Shown in pieces: positions 25,504 through 29,605 of a DNA stretch of 29,605 nt. A program made the translations under genes and the position numbers. The number at the start of each line of letters is the position of its first letter. The first letter of the stretch is position 1. Source of the stretch: a virus (Duplodnaviria > Heunggongvirae > Uroviricota > Caudoviricetes). The DNA lies in IMG/VR virus record IMGVR_UViG_2547132415_000023, one strand, 5' to 3'. The notes under the pieces are model-generated. The model saw only the letters and a list, made by a program, of their open reading frames with translations. It was not told the DNA's origin and ran no database searches.

Positions 25504-27940
25504 TAACCTGAGACTTGAGGTTTTGCTGAAAGCGGTCGACCAGGCGACCCGACCGCTTAAATCCATCCAGACCGCGAGTAAAACCCTGTCGGGCGATATT
25601 CGCGACACACAAAAAGGGCTGCGTGACCTGAACGGGCAGGCCGCGAAAATCGACGGCTTTCGCAAAACCAGCGCTCAACTGGCCGTAACCGGCCAGTCGC
25701 TGGAGAAGGCAAAGCGCGAGGCTGAAGCGCTTGCCACGCAATTCAAAAATACTGAGCGCCCGACGCGAGCGCAGGCACAGGTGCTCGAATCCGCAAAACG
25801 TGCCGCCGAGGGGCTGCAGGTTAAATACAACAGCCTCACCGAGTCGGTTAAACGCCAGCAACGCGAGCTGGGTGCCGCCGGTATCAATACCCGCAATCTG
25901 GCAAACGATGAGCGGGGGCTTAAAACACGTATCAGCGAGACGACGGCGCAGCTCAACCGGCAGCGTGAAGCATTGGCGAAGGTCAGCGCACAGCAGGCGC
26001 ACCTAAACCGAGTGAAAGAGCGATATAAATCGGGTAAGGAGCTTGCCGGTAACATGGCCGCTGCAGGTGCTGCCGGGGTCGGTATTGCGACAGCGGGAAC
26101 GATGGCCGGGGTTAAATTGCTGATGCCCGGTTATGACTTTGCGCAAAAAAACTCCGAGCTGCAGGCTGTGCTCGGGGTCGATAAGCAGTCGCCAGAAATG
26201 CAGGCGTTACGCAAACAGGCGCGCCAGCTCGGTGACAATACAGCCGCTTCTGCTGATGATGCAGCCAGTGCGCAGATTATCATTGCAAAAGGTGGTGGTG
26301 ATGCGGCGGCTATAGCGGCCATGACACCTGTGACTCTCAACCTGTCGCTTGCAAACAAAAAAACAATGGAGGAAAACGCGCAACTGTTGATGGGGACAAA
26401 AGCCGCCTTTCAACTTTCTAATGACGCGGCTGCGCATATCGGTGATGTTCTTTCAACCACGATGAACAAAACCACCGCTGATTTTCAGGGACTAAGTGAC
26501 TCATTAAGTTACCTTGCCCCTGTTGCGAAAAATGCTGGGGTGAGTCTTGAACAGGCGGCGGCGATTACCGGCACACTTCATGATAATAACATCAGGGGGT
26601 CAATGGCTGGGACTGGCGGCGCTGCTGTTATAACGAGACTACAGGCACCCACAGGCAAAGCATACGATGCTCTCAAAGAGCTGGGAGTTAAAACCTCAGA
26701 CAGCAAAGGCAATACGCGCCCGCTATTTACCATCCTGAAAGAAATGCAGGCCAGTTTTAAGCGCAACAATCTTGGTACCTCACAAAAGGCCGAGTACGTG
26801 AAAACGATATTCGGCGAGGAGGCTATGAAGTCTGCAAGTGTCCTTATGACGGCAGCGGCAAGCGGAAAACTCGATAAGCTAACTGCCACGATAAAGGATT
26901 CAGACGGTAAAACAGAGGAGCTGGTCAAGGTTATGCAGGATAACCTCGGCGGCGACTTCAAGGAGTTCCAGTCAGCATATGAGGCGGTCGGCACTGACCT
27001 CTATGACCAGCAAGATAGCTCATTGCGTCAGCTAACTCAGACAGCAACACGGTATGTGCTAAAGCTTGATGACTGGATCAAAGACAACAAGGAGTTAGCG
27101 GAAACTATCGGCATCATCGCCGGTGGTGCGCTGGCGCTGATTGGTATCATCGGCGGCATTGGTCTCGTTGCGTGGCCGGTTGTCATGGGGATTAATGCAA
27201 TTATCGCCGCTGCTGGCGTGCTGGGTACGGTCTTTACTGTCGTCGGTAGTGCCATTGCGACAGCGCTCGGTGCGATTACCTGGCCGATAGTGGCCGTCGG
27301 TGCGGCGATTGTGGCGGGGGCGCTACTCATCCGTAAATATTGGGAGCCCATCAGCGCATTTTTCTCGGGAGTGATTGAAGGCATCATGAGTGCCTTTGCC
27401 CCAGTCGGGGAAATGTTAGCTCCACTGACTCCCATTTTTGATGGTCTCGGCGAGAAACTGCGCGGCGTCTGGCAGTGGTTTAAAGACCTGATAGCACCGG
27501 TTAAGGCCACGCAGGAAACGCTTGATAGCTGCAAAAATGTCGGCGTCATATTTGGTCAGGCACTGGCCTCTGCCTTGATGGCTCCGCTCAATGTTTTTAA
27601 CAAGCTGCGCAGCGGTGTCGACTGGCTTCTCGAAAAGCTCGGCATCATCAACAAAGAGTCGGACAGCCTCGACCAGACCGCCGCCAAAACCAATGCCGCC
27701 ACACAGGGTAATTCCTACATCCCGGCAACCAGCACATATGGCGGCTATCAGGCTTATCAGCCAGTTACCGCACCGGCGGGGCGCTCTTACATTGACCAGA
27801 GCAAAAGCGAATACAACATCAATCTGCCGGGAGGTGTTGCGCCGGGGCATCAGCTTGACAGACAACTACGCGACACGCTCGAACAGATTGAGCGCGATAA
27901 ACGCGCCCGCCAGCGTGCCAACATGACCCACGACTATTGA
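25496..27940 (+). CDS. T: Tail tape measure protein gpT
   Basis: 814 aa, coiled-coil-rich N-terminal half, Gly/Ala-rich hydrophobic segment (IAGGALALIGIIGGIGLVAW...); size and position match P2 T. Confidence 0.9.
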   Translation: MSNNLRLEVLLKAVDQATRPLKSIQTASKTLSGDIRDTQKGLRDLNGQAAKIDGFRKTSAQLAVTGQSLEKAKREAEALATQFKNTERPTRAQAQVLESAKRAAEGLQVKYNSLTESVKRQQRELGAAGINTRNLANDERGLKTRISETTAQLNRQREALAKVSAQQAHLNRVKERYKSGKELAGNMAAAGAAGVGIATAGTMAGVKLLMPGYDFAQKNSELQAVLGVDKQSPEMQALRKQARQLGDNTAASADDAASAQIIIAKGGGDAAAIAAMTPVTLNLSLANKKTMEENAQLLMGTKAAFQLSNDAAAHIGDVLSTTMNKTTADFQGLSDSLSYLAPVAKNAGVSLEQAAAITGTLHDNNIRGSMAGTGGAAVITRLQAPTGKAYDALKELGVKTSDSKGNTRPLFTILKEMQASFKRNNLGTSQKAEYVKTIFGEEAMKSASVLMTAAASGKLDKLTATIKDSDGKTEELVKVMQDNLGGDFKEFQSAYEAVGTDLYDQQDSSLRQLTQTATRYVLKLDDWIKDNKELAETIGIIAGGALALIGIIGGIGLVAWPVVMGINAIIAAAGVLGTVFTVVGSAIATALGAITWPIVAVGAAIVAGALLIRKYWEPISAFFSGVIEGIMSAFAPVGEMLAPLTPIFDGLGEKLRGVWQWFKDLIAPVKATQETLDSCKNVGVIFGQALASALMAPLNVFNKLRSGVDWLLEKLGIINKESDSLDQTAAKTNAATQGNSYIPATSTYGGYQAYQPVTAPAGRSYIDQSKSEYNINLPGGVAPGHQLDRQLRDTLEQIERDKRARQRANMTHDY

Positions 27941-27953
27941 GGGGGATTAAACG

Positions 27954-28439
27954 ATGATGCTTGCTCTCGGAATGTTTGTGTTTGAACTTCGCACCCTGCC
28001 TTACCAGTCGATGCAGCATTCGAAAGATTATCGCTGGGTGTCCAATGACCGGGTGGGTAAACCACCTGCCTATCAGTTTCTTGGCGAGGGGGAAACCTCT
28101 ATACAGCTTGCTGGTACGCTATACCCCGCTATCACTGGCGGTTGGATCTCACTTAAGGCTGTAGAGGTGATGGCCAATGAAGGCAGAGCGTGGCCGTTGA
28201 TAGAGGGAACCGGAAATATCCTCGGGATGTATATCGTCGATAAAGTATCGACTACACGCACCGAGTTTTTCAGTGATGGTGCGGCCAGAAAGATTGATTT
28301 CACGCTTTCGCTAAAACGGGTTGATGAATCGCTGACAGAGATGTTTGGTGACCTGAATAAACAGGCCAGTGAGCTTCTCGGCTCTGCCGGTAATTTGACA
28401 GATAAACTGCAGGGTATGCCCGGAGGTTTCACTGCATGA
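27954..28439 (+). CDS. U: Tail protein gpU
   Basis: 161 aa directly after T; P2 synteny. Confidence 0.85.
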   Translation: MMLALGMFVFELRTLPYQSMQHSKDYRWVSNDRVGKPPAYQFLGEGETSIQLAGTLYPAITGGWISLKAVEVMANEGRAWPLIEGTGNILGMYIVDKVSTTRTEFFSDGAARKIDFTLSLKRVDESLTEMFGDLNKQASELLGSAGNLTDKLQGMPGGFTA

Positions 28440-29605
28440 TAACGGGGATGGCAATTGACGCCGGTGCCAGCCTTGTACCGGCTTTTATGCTGACGCTGAA
28501 CAGTCAGGACATTACCAGCAACTTCAGCGACCGGCTGATTTCTCTCACCATGACGGACAATAGGGGCTTTGAAGCTGACCAGCTCGACATTGAGCTCGAT
28601 GACACCGATGGGAAAGTCGAGTTACCCCTGCGCGGGGCAGTGCTGACGTTGTGGCTTGGCTGGCAGGGTTCGGCGCTGCTGAATAAGGGGGATTTTACGG
28701 TCGATGAGATTGAGCACCGGGGGGCTCCTGATACCCTGACCATCCGTGCGCGCAGCGCGGACTTTCGCGGCACGCTAAATTCCAGGCGTGAAGAGTCATG
28801 GCACGACACCACCATCGGCGAACTGGTCAGTACCATCGCAAAGCGCAACAAACTGACGGCCAGCATTGCGGAATCGCTGAAAAAAATCCCGGTACCGCAT
28901 ATCGACCAGTCGCAGGAATCCGACGCGGTATTTTTGAGTCGACTGGCTGACCGCAACGGGGCAACGGTATCGGTGAAGGCAGGGAAACTGTTGTTTCTGA
29001 AAGCCGGTAGTGCGATGACGGCCAGCGGCAAACCCGTCCCGCAAATGACGCTGACCCGCAGTGATGGTGACCGTCATCAGTTTGCCATTGCCGACCGTGG
29101 GGCTTATACCGGCGTCACTGCTAAATGGTTGCACACCAAAGACCCGAAGCCACAAAAGCAGAAAGTAACGCTGAAACGCAAGCCAAAAGAGAAGCACCTG
29201 CGCGCACTGGAACACCCAAAAGCAAAGCCGGTCAGCAAAAAGACAAAGGTCAAAAAAGAACAGGAAGCACGTGAGGGTGAGTACATGGCCGGTGAAGCCG
29301 ATAACGTGCTGGCGCTGACGACGGTCTATGCCTCAAAGGCACAGGCGATGCGCGCCGCTCAGGCTAAGTGGGATAAACTGCAGCGAGGCGTTGCGGAGTT
29401 TTCAATCACACTGGCGCTAGGGCGAGCGGATTTATTTCCTGAGACGCCTGTACGCGTGTCAGGCTTTAAGCGCGTCATAGACGAGCAGGCATGGTTAATC
29501 AGCAAGGTGACCCACAACCTCAATAATAACGGTTTCACGACGGGCTTAGAGCTTGAGGTTAAACTCTCCGATGTGGAGTACAGCTCAGAAGAAAATGAGG
29601 AGTGA
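28436..29605 (+). CDS. D: Tail protein gpD
   Basis: 389 aa (P2 D ~387 aa), overlaps the U stop (ATGA); stop codon is at the window end. Confidence 0.85.
   Translation: MITGMAIDAGASLVPAFMLTLNSQDITSNFSDRLISLTMTDNRGFEADQLDIELDDTDGKVELPLRGAVLTLWLGWQGSALLNKGDFTVDEIEHRGAPDTLTIRARSADFRGTLNSRREESWHDTTIGELVSTIAKRNKLTASIAESLKKIPVPHIDQSQESDAVFLSRLADRNGATVSVKAGKLLFLKAGSAMTASGKPVPQMTLTRSDGDRHQFAIADRGAYTGVTAKWLHTKDPKPQKQKVTLKRKPKEKHLRALEHPKAKPVSKKTKVKKEQEAREGEYMAGEADNVLALTTVYASKAQAMRAAQAKWDKLQRGVAEFSITLALGRADLFPETPVRVSGFKRVIDEQAWLISKVTHNLNNNGFTTGLELEVKLSDVEYSSEENEE

Noticed and set aside
25454-26055. Minus-strand ORFs (182 and 126 aa) at the start of the tape-measure gene
   Set aside because: Antisense to gpT and the E' extension; no support.
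1-29605. Searched for CRISPR arrays, tRNA/rRNA genes, IS elements or transposases
   Set aside because: No regularly spaced repeats, no tRNA-like cloverleaf candidates at the left junction, and no transposase-like ORFs; the only mobile element is the prophage itself.

Overview
This window is a near-complete 186-like (P2-family) temperate prophage of an enterobacterial host, running from the left junction and integrase to late gene D in canonical P2/186 order. Lysogeny module: int, a small secreted cargo gene, a CI repressor with a duplicated HTH domain (all minus strand), then apl/cox-like, 186-type cII, small early ORFs, a TraR/DksA zinc-finger gene and the rolling-circle replication gene A. 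After A comes a LexA-box-controlled small ORF followed in frame by a DinI-like ORF, then a cos-like site at 7957-7975. Between cos and the portal gene lies a 2.3 kb AT-rich island carrying a translationally coupled two-gene module: a cGAS/DncV-like (SMODS-type) nucleotidyltransferase with an unexplained C-terminal domain, and a small protein with two N-terminal transmembrane helices and a beta-rich C-terminus (Cap15-like). I interpret this as a CBASS-like or Hailong-like anti-phage abortive-infection cassette of atypical architecture, and it is the main candidate for a new system. The rest is a standard P2 late region: Q, P, O, N, M, L, X, holin, endolysin, overlapping spanins, R, S, V, W, J, I, a short tail fibre H with a low-GC tip, G, FI, FII, E/E' with a T_TTT_TTG frameshift site, T, U and D. 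All calls come from reading the sequence and ORF translations against remembered family features; no searches were run.
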